Below, one piece after another: positions 9,511 to 17,752 of a DNA stretch of 39,906 nucleotides. A program made the translations under genes and the position numbers. Source of the stretch: a virus; UHGV virus genome UHGV-1362718; one strand, written 5' to 3'. Below the pieces are notes generated by a model. That model did no database searches and was not told where the DNA came from. It saw only the letters and a list, made by a program, of their open reading frames with translations. The first letter of the stretch is position 1. The number at the start of each line of letters is the position of its first letter.

Positions 9511-10527
9511 ATGACAACGTATGATATAACATTAAGTACAACAGAGCCGAACAACTGGGTAGGTCTTATTAAAGTTCGCCAAGGTGACACAGAAAGTCAA
9601 ACATTTAATGCAACTATTGTTGAGAATAATGTTCCAAAAGACTTTACAGGCTTAACGCCTTTTTTTTGTGTCAAAAGTAGCCCGTATACAGGATTAGGAA
9701 TTTCAGAACAAAAAGTGACTGATGGTATTTCCGCAAAAGAAGGAAAATTAAGCTATACCCTGACCGATCATGATATGCAAGCTATCCAAACCAATCATGC
9801 TTATTTTAGCTTTAGAAAGATTGGTAAAGATGGAACATGGCGCCAACAATTTTCCACAAAAGACTTTGCTTATACTGTTACGCCATCAATTTTTAGCGAC
9901 GGAATCTGCGACAGTAATTACATTTGGACCTTTGACGAAATTCTTCGTTATTTTAACGAGTGGGTTCAAGAATCAATGAAAACTTATGATGATTGGTATC
10001 TCAATGCACAAAAGGAATTGCAACGAATTATTGAAGAGTTCAAAAAATGGATTACTGAGAGTCAAGGTTCTTATGAGGCTTGGCTCAAAGCGAATAAGGA
10101 CGCTTTTCTAGCTTGGCAAACTGCTAATAAAGATGGGTTTAATGATTGGTTTCAGCAAATCAAAGACCAACTAGGCACTGATGCTGCAGGAAGTTTGCAA
10201 TTGCAATTAGATGAAGTGAAACCATCGTTTGCATTACCAGCATTAAAACACATGGGGTCTTGGTATCCAGAGTGTTCGGTTCTGTATTGGGAAAATGGGC
10301 TTGATTCGAGAGGTCTAGACACAATTCCAATTGGGGGCAGTGCTGCAAAGACGATACCCTATACTATTGAATACACTGACGTAGATAAAGTAACAATTTA
10401 TGTTCCAGCGAAATACAAACTACTAAACATTCAAGTCCAACTAATTAGTAAAAGTGTTATTCGATACACAGGAGACAACAAAACAATTGAATTGAAATTT
10501 AAAGAAGAGGTGATCCCAATTGCATAA
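9511..10527 (+). CDS. baseplate upper protein / tail fiber (BppU-like N-terminus)
   Basis: ATG 9511 after AAAGGAGCGAGC RBS. N-terminus resembles BppU_N, followed by a coiled-coil region. Confidence 0.45.
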   Translation: MTTYDITLSTTEPNNWVGLIKVRQGDTESQTFNATIVENNVPKDFTGLTPFFCVKSSPYTGLGISEQKVTDGISAKEGKLSYTLTDHDMQAIQTNHAYFSFRKIGKDGTWRQQFSTKDFAYTVTPSIFSDGICDSNYIWTFDEILRYFNEWVQESMKTYDDWYLNAQKELQRIIEEFKKWITESQGSYEAWLKANKDAFLAWQTANKDGFNDWFQQIKDQLGTDAAGSLQLQLDEVKPSFALPALKHMGSWYPECSVLYWENGLDSRGLDTIPIGGSAAKTIPYTIEYTDVDKVTIYVPAKYKLLNIQVQLISKSVIRYTGDNKTIELKFKEEVIPIA

Positions 10528-11218
10528 ATTTAATAAGAATGATGTAGATGCTAGTGCTAAGTTAAATGAAAATTTTAATGAAATTACGAGTTCTTTAGAA
10601 AATGGTGCGCTAGTTGCCAAAAAAACTGTAATTAAGGCACAGGATTGGAATGAAATTTTAGATGAAGGCATTTATACCGTCTTTGGTGCGTCTGGCGCAA
10701 ACAGACCGTATTCAGGTGCAGTTTACGGAGCTTTAGTTGTTTATGCTGACAATACATTTATTTGCCAAAACTATATGTACAAAGGTGAAACTTATACTCG
10801 TAGCAGACAAGGAAGTCCTGCAGCTTGGACCGCTTGGAATCGGTTAGTTATTGAACCACAACGTACACCACTATGGACGGGTGCATGGTATGGAGCATCG
10901 GCAGGCAATGGGCAAGTACCTTCTAAGCCGCTTTCGCAGTGTCAAAATGGTTGGATTTTGCAATGGCAAGAATATACAAAAGAAGGAACTTTGAACGGAG
11001 CATGTTATCACTTTTTCGTTATTCCTAAACAGCATGCACAGAACCCAGGATCTAAAGGCGTTATTTTTCTTTTGCATGGATACTATACTAATTTAGTACG
11101 GAAATATTTGTATATTACTGATACAAAAATCACTGGGAACGATATGAATGCATTAGATAGTGATACAGCAGGATCTGGTAGTAAAATGTTTGCCTTAAGC
11201 GCAATATATGAATGGTAG
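10520..11218 (+). CDS. putative receptor-binding / tail fiber tip protein
   Basis: 232 aa, TTG start overlapping the upstream stop. Gly/Trp-rich C-terminus, located at the end of the tail module. Confidence 0.35.
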   Translation: MHKFNKNDVDASAKLNENFNEITSSLENGALVAKKTVIKAQDWNEILDEGIYTVFGASGANRPYSGAVYGALVVYADNTFICQNYMYKGETYTRSRQGSPAAWTAWNRLVIEPQRTPLWTGAWYGASAGNGQVPSKPLSQCQNGWILQWQEYTKEGTLNGACYHFFVIPKQHAQNPGSKGVIFLLHGYYTNLVRKYLYITDTKITGNDMNALDSDTAGSGSKMFALSAIYEW

Positions 11219-11231
11219 GAGGAAAGAGAAC

Positions 11232-11552
11232 ATGAAAATTTGGATTGATGATATTGAAGGGTACTTGCAAGGCTATTCAATGATGGAACAACCAGAGGCG
11301 ATTGAACTCGAAGTTGATGAAGATTTTTCTGACTTCTTCAATTATCGATGGAATGGGACAAGCTTAATTTATGATCCTGACAACGTCCCAGAACCAGAGC
11401 CAACGCCACCAACGGACATTGAGGTATTACAAAAACAGAATGCTGAACTAATGAAGCAAGTTTCTCAGCAAAATCAAGTTATTCAACAAACTCAAAGAAT
11501 GACTGGTGAATTGATGAAACAAGTAGCTGAACTTACGAAAGGGGCGGAATAA
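11232..11552 (+). CDS. hypothetical phage protein (XkdW-like position, coiled-coil C-terminus)
   Basis: ATG 11232 after GGAGGAAAGAGAAC RBS. 106 aa. Confidence 0.35.
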   Translation: MKIWIDDIEGYLQGYSMMEQPEAIELEVDEDFSDFFNYRWNGTSLIYDPDNVPEPEPTPPTDIEVLQKQNAELMKQVSQQNQVIQQTQRMTGELMKQVAELTKGAE

Positions 11553-11553
11553 G

Positions 11554-11709
11554 ATGAAAACGAATGTTTTTCCAGGTTTCGATAATATTAAACAGTTGTA
11601 TGATTGGAATTGTTATACAAAACAGGATTTAGTTGATTACGTGAATATGAATTGTTTAACCGAAGAAGAATACACAAAAATTTGTGGGGAACCGTTTAGC
11701 GAAAGCTAG
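11554..11709 (+). CDS. XkdX-family small phage protein (51 aa)
   Basis: Not in the ORF track because it is under 60 aa. MKTNVFPGFDNIKQLYDWNCYTKQDLVDYVNMNCLTEEEYTKICGEPFSES matches the XkdX pattern (LYD...T.E.YV..G.IT.EEY..I.G). Followed by a terminator hairpin. Confidence 0.45.
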   Translation: MKTNVFPGFDNIKQLYDWNCYTKQDLVDYVNMNCLTEEEYTKICGEPFSES

Positions 11710-11718
11710 ACGGTTTTT
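11686..11718 (+). terminator. intrinsic terminator after the XkdX-like gene
   Basis: CCGTTTAGC-GAAA-GCTAGACGG stem followed by TTTTTTG. Confidence 0.45.
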
Positions 11719-11742
11719 TGTTACAGGAATGGAGACGATAAC

Positions 11743-11976
11743 TTGAAAGATGAGCCTTTAATTGAAATCGTCGATCGTTTGGCACGGATTGAAACAAAGT
11801 TGGATAATCATGAACAATTAAGAGAGAAAGCAGACATAGCGCTCTCAATGGCCAAAAACAATGAAGGCGATATTGCGGAAATAAAAGAAAATCAAAAGTG
11901 GACGTGGCGGACAATTGCAGGAATTGGTGTTTCTGTTGCTGTTTATTTAATCACGAAATACTTAGGAGGAATTTAG
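11743..11976 (+). CDS. XhlA-like hemolysin / holin-associated protein
   Basis: 77 aa, N-terminal coiled coil plus C-terminal TM segment (WRTIAGIGVSVAVYLITKYLGGI). Immediately upstream of the holin. Confidence 0.5.
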   Translation: MKDEPLIEIVDRLARIETKLDNHEQLREKADIALSMAKNNEGDIAEIKENQKWTWRTIAGIGVSVAVYLITKYLGGI

Positions 11977-11978
11977 AA

Positions 11979-12185
11979 ATGATATTACCAGACAAGTATT
12001 ACAAAATCATCAAATGGGGAGTACTTACGGTGCTTCCTGCGGGATCTGTTTTAGTAGCCACGTTAGGTAAAGCTTATGGGTGGCAACAAACAGATACGGC
12101 AGTGTTGACTATTAACGCTGTATCAGCATTTTTAGGAGTTGTAACAGGCGTGTCAGCATATAACTTAAAAGACAAGGAGAAATAA
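11979..12185 (+). CDS. holin (phi LC3 / Phage_holin_1-like)
   Basis: ATG 11979 nine nt after AGGAGG. 68 aa with two TM segments and a charged C-terminus (KDKEK). Confidence 0.6.
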   Translation: MILPDKYYKIIKWGVLTVLPAGSVLVATLGKAYGWQQTDTAVLTINAVSAFLGVVTGVSAYNLKDKEK

Positions 12186-12187
12186 AA

Positions 12188-13273
12188 ATGAAAAAGAAAA
12201 TTTTAGCAGGAGCGCTTGTCGCTCTATTTTTTATGCCCGCAATCAATGTAGATGCTTACCAAGTAGAAACCCGCGGAAATATTAACGCAGGTTGGCCATC
12301 AACAGTTAATCGATACATCATTGCGCACGATACTGCAAATATGGATGCTGGTGTAGAAAATGAAGCCAATAACATGCTTAACAACTGGCAACGACAAGAA
12401 GCGTTTACGCAATATGTTGTAGGTGGTGGCGGTCGTGTTATTCAGGTAGCGGAAAATGGTCGTATAGCATGGGGAGCAGGAGATGCAAACCCTTATGCTT
12501 ATGCACAAGTCGAATTAGCCAATACTTCAAATAAAGCTATGTTTAAGAAAGACTATGCAGCTTACGTTAACTTATTACGTGATTTAGCACGTCAAATTAA
12601 TGTGACGTTTGATTTAGACGATCCGACAGGTTACGGCATAAAAACTCATTTGTGGGTGACAAACAATTTAGGTGGAAATCACACAGATCCTTACGGCTAT
12701 TTGGCATCTTGGGGGATTAGCAAGGCACAGTTTGCACAAGATTTACAAACGGGCGTTTCTGAAACAGGTGAGACTGTCATTATTCAGCCAGGTAAACCTA
12801 ATGCGCCAAAATATCAAGTAGGACAAGCAATTCGTTTCACTTCAATCTATCCAACACCAGATGCTTTAATCAATGAACATCTATCAGCAGAGGCACTTTG
12901 GACACAAGTCGGAACAATTACACAAAAATTAGATGGTCGTAAAAACTTATATCGCATTGAAAATAGCGGGAAACTTTTAGGTTATGCAAACGATGGTGAT
13001 ATTGCGGAGCTATGGGAAAACAGCAAACCAACACCAGCTAAAACTTTTACTATCGGTGTTAGTGAAGGCATTGTTCTTCGAAATGGTGCGCCGAGCTTAT
13101 CAGCACCAGTTTATGGTGTGTGGCCGAAAGGTTCACAATTTAAATATGATTCGGTTCGTGTGTCAGACGGCTATGTTTGGCTAGGTGGTTCTGATTCAAA
13201 CGGAACTCGGATTTATATCCCAGTTGGTCCAAACGACGGCAACCCAACCAACACGTGGGGTACTGGGTATTAA
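12188..13273 (+). CDS. endolysin with N-terminal Sec-type signal peptide, amidase-type catalytic domain and C-terminal SH3b-like cell-wall binding repeats
   Basis: 361 aa. MKKKILAGALVALFFMPAINVDA looks like a cleavable signal peptide. Two SH3_5-like repeats at the C-terminus. Sits in the lysis-cassette position after the holin. Confidence 0.8.
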   Translation: MKKKILAGALVALFFMPAINVDAYQVETRGNINAGWPSTVNRYIIAHDTANMDAGVENEANNMLNNWQRQEAFTQYVVGGGGRVIQVAENGRIAWGAGDANPYAYAQVELANTSNKAMFKKDYAAYVNLLRDLARQINVTFDLDDPTGYGIKTHLWVTNNLGGNHTDPYGYLASWGISKAQFAQDLQTGVSETGETVIIQPGKPNAPKYQVGQAIRFTSIYPTPDALINEHLSAEALWTQVGTITQKLDGRKNLYRIENSGKLLGYANDGDIAELWENSKPTPAKTFTIGVSEGIVLRNGAPSLSAPVYGVWPKGSQFKYDSVRVSDGYVWLGGSDSNGTRIYIPVGPNDGNPTNTWGTGY

Positions 13274-13333
13274 AAGACTTGTCTTTCTTTAGTCCTTAGT
13301 TTAGAATAAACTTACACTTATTAAATTTCTCTT

Positions 13334-13366
13334 GAGTCGCCTTCCCCAAGGTGGCTCTTTTTTTTG
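13334..13366 (+). terminator. intrinsic terminator after the lysis cassette
   Basis: 8-bp stem GAGTCGCC/GGTGGCTC (2 GU pairs), loop TTCCCCAA, then T9. Confidence 0.6.
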
Positions 13367-13495
13367 TTATTTAATTAAACTTAACAAATATGATAACCAG
13401 CTTATGATTAGGCATATTTACGTGTTTGTAAGTAAAAAAAACTTCTTAAACTTGTTTTAATGCCGTTTTCCAAAGGGGTGTATGCTATATTTTTA

Positions 13496-13524
13496 TTGCA
13501 TATAATGTAGCTAAATGTTATATT
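13496..13524 (+). promoter_or_regulatory. putative sigma-A promoter of the toxin-antitoxin pair
   Basis: TTGCAT, 17 nt, TATATT. AAGGAGG RBS 5 nt before ATG 13548. Confidence 0.35.
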
Positions 13525-13547
13525 ATAAGTGTTAAGGAGGGGCTAGT

Positions 13548-14003
13548 ATGAATAAAAAATATAGTATTTTTGAAATAGCTGATTGGTTTTTGAATAAAGA
13601 GTCAATGACTCCTAAAAAGTTACAAAAACTTTGTTACTATGCACAAGCGTGGAACAATGCACTTTTAGATGACAGCATAATAGATGATTCTGAATTTCAG
13701 GCTTGGGCGCATGGACCTGTTTCTCCAGAATTGTATAATAAATATAGAGAATATAGATGGAATTCTATTCCTAAATGTACTTCACCTGCTGCAATAGATA
13801 ATCAAACTGTGGATGTTCTAGAATCAGTTTGGATTACTTATGGTGATAAGTCAGCAAATGAGCTTGAAGCATTGACTCATACAGAATTACCTTGGAAACA
13901 AGCAAGATTAAGAGCTGGAGTTTCAGAAGGAGATAGTTGTAGGGAAAAAATATCTACAGAAGACATGGCTAATTATTATAAAAGTGTGTATGTAGGTGAC
14001 TAA
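13548..14003 (+). CDS. Panacea-domain (DUF4065, SocA/GepA-like) antitoxin
   Basis: 151 aa. IADWFL...MTPKKLQKLCYYAQAWNNALLDD...FQAWAHGPVSPELY matches the Panacea/DUF4065 core. Confidence 0.75.
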   Translation: MNKKYSIFEIADWFLNKESMTPKKLQKLCYYAQAWNNALLDDSIIDDSEFQAWAHGPVSPELYNKYREYRWNSIPKCTSPAAIDNQTVDVLESVWITYGDKSANELEALTHTELPWKQARLRAGVSEGDSCREKISTEDMANYYKSVYVGD

Positions 14004-14006
14004 TAG

Positions 14007-14396
14007 TTGGCGAAGAAATTAACAAGAGATGTAGTTGTAGAAAATGGTTCTTTTTTAGATAGAAAATCAATGAAATTTCGATTTTGTATTCAAGAGTGTT
14101 TGGACAATAAATACTGCTTCAAAAAAATGGATAAAGGTTCTTTGAAAGAATTAGATAAATTTATAGCTGAAACAGCAGGAAAAAATTTATCAATTACAGA
14201 GGTCGATAAATTATTTTTGCGGACAAAAGGCCGAGGAAGTAATTATGAAGAAGTTGAAATTAATGGGATCAAAAGAGAAGTTTATCATTATGGCAAAGAC
14301 CAAAATCCATTTAGGGTATTTGGTTATTATAATGAAGACGGGTATTTAGTGATATACAGGATTGATCCAAAACATAAGTCTCATAAATGCAAATAG
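14007..14396 (+). CDS. candidate toxin partner, RelE/ParE-superfamily-like C-terminus
   Basis: TTG start 4 nt after the antitoxin stop (ATG 14070 is an alternative). C-terminus PFRVFGYYNEDGYLVIYRIDPKHK resembles the RelE/ParE R..Y....vvIlrIghR motif. Confidence 0.4.
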   Translation: MAKKLTRDVVVENGSFLDRKSMKFRFCIQECLDNKYCFKKMDKGSLKELDKFIAETAGKNLSITEVDKLFLRTKGRGSNYEEVEINGIKREVYHYGKDQNPFRVFGYYNEDGYLVIYRIDPKHKSHKCK

Positions 14397-14438
14397 TAAT
14401 TTATTAATACCTCTTATTATTTAAGAGGTATTTTTTCA

Positions 14439-14512
14439 GGACCATTAGCTCAGTTGGTTAGAGCAAACGGCTCATAACCGTTCGGTCACAGGTTCGAGTC
14501 CTGTATGATCCA
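14439..14512 (+). tRNA. tRNA-Met (anticodon CAT; could be the lysidine-modified Ile2 type)
   Basis: Cloverleaf: acceptor GGACCAT/ATGATCC with one C4:A69 mismatch, D arm GCTC/GAGC, anticodon stem AACGG/CCGTT with loop CTCATAA, T arm ACAGG-TTCGAGT-CCTGT, discriminator A. No encoded CCA. Confidence 0.8.
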
Positions 14513-14518
14513 TAGTTA

Positions 14519-14558
14519 AACACCTACCTCTTTTTCTTATGAGAGATAGGTGTTTTTT
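14519..14558 (+). terminator. intrinsic terminator after the tRNA
   Basis: 12-bp stem AACACCTACCTC/GAGATAGGTGTT (1 mismatch) followed by TTTTTTG. Confidence 0.55.
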
Positions 14559-14607
14559 GTTTATTCGGTATAATTTATATATCTATTCGCTTGCCTTTTT
14601 TTATTTT

Positions 14608-14836
14608 TTGATGTAGATTTTATCTTGTTGTTATAGTCTATTTTGCTAATTTGAATTAAAGTGATATTACGCAAACCCTTGTGAGTTCTAGTCTGTCTAA
14701 ATATGGTGTTGCAGAAAAATTACACCGTGAAACTAAATAATTTATTTGAATATAGCCTAGAATCCTTGCTTTATAAGGGTTCTAGGCTCTTTTTTTGTTG
14801 TTAGGAATTTACTGATTTAGTTATTGATGTAGATTT
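14608..14836. repeat. two 13-bp direct repeats TTGATGTAGATTT (14608..14620 and 14824..14836) in the tRNA-int intergenic region; candidate integrase arm-type sites in attP
   Basis: Exact 13-mer found twice about 215 bp apart, just downstream of the int stop. Confidence 0.45.
14752..14794 (+). terminator. intrinsic terminator (stem AGCCTAGAATCC/GGGTTCTAGGCT, then T7)
   Basis: Perfect 9-bp core inverted repeat plus T-run, between the repeats and the int stop. Confidence 0.55.
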
Positions 14837-14842
14837 GCTATT

Positions 14843-16024
14843 TTAAAAATTTACATAGCTACTGAAAGCATCTGTTGCTTCTTTAGTAACTTCATCAGAA
14901 ACATGAGTGTAAGTATCCATAGTTATTTGTAAAGAAGAATGTCCTAAACGTTCTTGGATTATTTTAGACCTAACATTATCTGATTCGAATAATAATGTTG
15001 CGTGTGTATGCCGAAAACCATGACAACCAATAGAATGTAAGTTAGCTTTTTCTGCCAATCTTTTGGAACGTTGGTAAATGTCTTGACTTCGGAACATGGT
15101 ACCATCAATTTTTGTAAAAATAAGTTGTGTTTTAAACCCACCTTTTTTCATTAAAGCCTCACGCTGTCTAAGTTTCCATTTTTTTAAGATATAAGCAGTC
15201 TTGTTATCAAAAGAAATTTTACGAATAGAATTGGGAGTTTTAGGATCGTTTATAGTCAATCCATTTGTACTGATAGCAGTAGTTTTATTTATATTAACTA
15301 CCTGCTCTTTAATATCAATATCATTCCAATTCAATGCTAAAGCTTCACCAACACGTATACCAGTAAAAGAAAGTAAGCGAAAAATAGCACAGTCTAAGTC
15401 AGCATAGTATTTTAGAACTAAACTTTCTTCTTTGGCTTGATTGGCAATGCTATCAGCTGTATTTAAGAAATGTTCCAGTTCGTCTTTTGTATAGAACTTT
15501 CTTTTTGTATTCTTTTCTACTTTCTTTAGCGAACTAGGCTTAGTTATTTTCTTAAATGGGTTTGAGTCTATTATTTCTAAACCAACAGCATAGTCACAAA
15601 CACGAGAAGCATAACTCAAAAGTACTTTTCCCATTTCATTCTTTTTATACCATTCATTAACAGATTTTTGCACGATCTTTACTGTTAAACGCTCAAGTCT
15701 CATTTTCCCGAATGTGGGTAAAATGTGTTTTTTCATACGTCGTTCAGTAGCTATGAATGTGGATTCCCTAACTGTTTTTTTGTATTCGTCCAACCACATA
15801 TAATAAACTTCTTCAAAAGTGGTTAAATGAGTATGCTCGTTAGCTAGATTTCCATTATCAAAATCTAATTTTTTTTGATTAAGCTTGAGCTGTGCTTCTT
15901 TTTTTGTATTACAGTTTCTGATAGTGACATTAATTTGTTTACCAGTTAAATAATCTACGCCTAAATAGGCAGTTACTTTCCAGTATTTTTGTCCTTTTTT
16001 TGTGTATTGTTTAAAAGTTGCCAT
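14843..16024 (-). CDS. int: tyrosine site-specific integrase
   Basis: 393 aa. C-terminal catalytic signature R...HGFRHTHATLL...LGHSSLQITMDTYTHV (R-H-R-Y). Adjacent to the tRNA. Confidence 0.9.
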   Translation of the reverse strand: MATFKQYTKKGQKYWKVTAYLGVDYLTGKQINVTIRNCNTKKEAQLKLNQKKLDFDNGNLANEHTHLTTFEEVYYMWLDEYKKTVRESTFIATERRMKKHILPTFGKMRLERLTVKIVQKSVNEWYKKNEMGKVLLSYASRVCDYAVGLEIIDSNPFKKITKPSSLKKVEKNTKRKFYTKDELEHFLNTADSIANQAKEESLVLKYYADLDCAIFRLLSFTGIRVGEALALNWNDIDIKEQVVNINKTTAISTNGLTINDPKTPNSIRKISFDNKTAYILKKWKLRQREALMKKGGFKTQLIFTKIDGTMFRSQDIYQRSKRLAEKANLHSIGCHGFRHTHATLLFESDNVRSKIIQERLGHSSLQITMDTYTHVSDEVTKEATDAFSSYVNF

Positions 16025-16146
16025 TTTTTATCCTTTCCACTTGGGCAAGCGAACAGAGGGAATGACAAATTTCTAGCACCTCCTTATTTGATTTTAAAGC
16101 CCCTATCGTGAATCGAACACGATAGAACTCGCCAGAGAAGGGTAAT

Positions 16147-16476
16147 TTATTTTTTATCGAAAGTAATAACCCAAGACCCCATAAGGTTCTCAACTTTCTT
16201 TATTTCTGCAATAACTGTATCACCTTTTTTTACATTTGGATTTTCAGAAGAAATAAAATTTAAGTGTTCTCCAGTTTGAATCGTATATCCTAATGATCCA
16301 TCAGGTACATATTTATCAACTGTGAATTGAACAGTTTTTCCTGTTAAATCCTCTCCCTTATTTAGCGCTGTTTCGGCTTCATTAGTTGTATAATCAGGCT
16401 TTACTTCTTTAGTTCCACAAGCAGCAAAAGTAACAATTAATAGCAACATTGAAATAAAATATTTAATCTTTTTCAT
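16147..16476 (-). CDS. small lipoprotein (lipobox FAAC); candidate superinfection-exclusion moron
   Basis: 109 aa with signal peptide plus Cys lipobox. Sits between int and the repressor, where Sie/Ltp-type genes are usually found. Confidence 0.45.
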   Translation of the reverse strand: MKKIKYFISMLLLIVTFAACGTKEVKPDYTTNEAETALNKGEDLTGKTVQFTVDKYVPDGSLGYTIQTGEHLNFISSENPNVKKGDTVIAEIKKVENLMGSWVITFDKK

Positions 16477-16488
16477 AAAAAATCTCCT

Positions 16489-17223
16489 CTATTTAACTCG
16501 TAATGATTGTCCAGGCATATATCCACTGATACCTGGATTTAGTTCTTGTAATTTTTCAAGTGTTATTCCGTTTCTTTCAGCTACTTGACGGCCGCCTTCG
16601 CCATCTCTAACTTGGTCATAAACTTCTGTGTCTGGCTCGGGAGATTGTTGACTAATTTCGGGAGTAGAAGGTTGTATAATATTTTCTGACTCTTGCACTT
16701 CCTGTTGGGCAGTATTTTGTTGACCTTGATTGTTTCTTTCTATTAATTGTTCCATCGTAATATTGCCAAGATAACTATAGACCTGTCCGCCAGCAGCCAA
16801 AGTACCATCTGCATTTTTCACTAATGTTCCTGGAGTGTTATTCAAAACATATGACATTGTTTGATTACCATTTGCATCAACAGAAAAATTTAAATTTTGG
16901 AGCGGAACATTTGATTGAGTAGTGCTAGAGAAAGTTCCGTCAGCATTTATAAAAAATAAATTATCACTTTGAGGTATACCCCAACCTCCGACAAAATCAT
17001 TTAGGCTTGCTTGAACTGTTCGTTTTTCAATAGTGGATGAACTTACAACACTAGATGCTGTTGACGTAGAACTTTGACTTTTTTCTTTCGTGCCACTTGA
17101 TGGTTCTTTAACGCTTGATGAGATGTTTGTAGATGAACTATTAACATTTGTATCTTTTTTTGCGTTATTCGAACAAGCAGATAGTAATAATAATGATAAA
17201 CCTAGAAAAACAATTTTTTTCAT
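16489..17223 (-). CDS. LysM-domain lipoprotein
   Basis: ATG at 17223 with GAGGAAGG RBS. Lipobox LLSAC. Ser-rich linker and C-terminal LysM (GITLEKLQELNPGISGYMPGQSLRV). Confidence 0.55.
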   Translation of the reverse strand: MKKIVFLGLSLLLLSACSNNAKKDTNVNSSSTNISSSVKEPSSGTKEKSQSSTSTASSVVSSSTIEKRTVQASLNDFVGGWGIPQSDNLFFINADGTFSSTTQSNVPLQNLNFSVDANGNQTMSYVLNNTPGTLVKNADGTLAAGGQVYSYLGNITMEQLIERNNQGQQNTAQQEVQESENIIQPSTPEISQQSPEPDTEVYDQVRDGEGGRQVAERNGITLEKLQELNPGISGYMPGQSLRVK

Positions 17224-17313
17224 TTTTAAAACCTTCCTCACTTCTGATATAATATTTTTATGAGTAAATCTCGAAACGAGGTTTTGAGTCCGTGTTGTCG
17301 CACGGGCTTTTTT

Positions 17314-17733
17314 TTATGCAAAGTTTATTCTTTGCAACTTATTAAACAGTAGAGTCTTTACCCAATCTTCGTAGCGCGCATCTATTTTGGCATCTTCTAT
17401 AAATTTCATGTAGTTGATTCTTTCTGGAGCAATACCCGTACTGTTTAAATATTCATCTAATAATTTTTCTACCATAAAACAATCCGCTTCATATTCCATT
17501 TTAGAACGAAGAGCATATGCTGTTTTGTACAGGGGATAATTCTCTTGGTGCTCACAAGCATGACCGAGCTCGTGCAGTAAAGCTTTTTTTTGTTCAAATT
17601 CTGAAAGCTTTACATTTACCACTATTAAATTAAAGCGTGTCATGTAATAAGCATTATTTTCAATTTCATCGTAAATCACAGTAGTTCCTAAAATCTTAAC
17701 TATTTCTTCAATCTGTTTATCCAAGCAACGCAC
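17314..17733 (-). CDS. ImmA/IrrE-family metallopeptidase (DUF955)
   Basis: 139 aa with HELGHACEH zinc motif. Directly downstream of the XRE repressor. Confidence 0.8.
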   Translation of the reverse strand: MRCLDKQIEEIVKILGTTVIYDEIENNAYYMTRFNLIVVNVKLSEFEQKKALLHELGHACEHQENYPLYKTAYALRSKMEYEADCFMVEKLLDEYLNSTGIAPERINYMKFIEDAKIDARYEDWVKTLLFNKLQRINFA

Positions 17734-17752
17734 CTTCTCAAAAATTCTTTTT

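Noticed and set aside
14439-14512. Initiator tRNA-fMet
   Set aside because: The anticodon stem is AACGG/CCGTT, not the three consecutive G-C pairs of initiators. Elongator Met or Ile2 (lysidine) type is more likely.
16011-16193. 60-aa minus-strand ORF overlapping the int start and lipoprotein end
   Set aside because: Overlaps two supported genes and has no RBS. Likely spurious.
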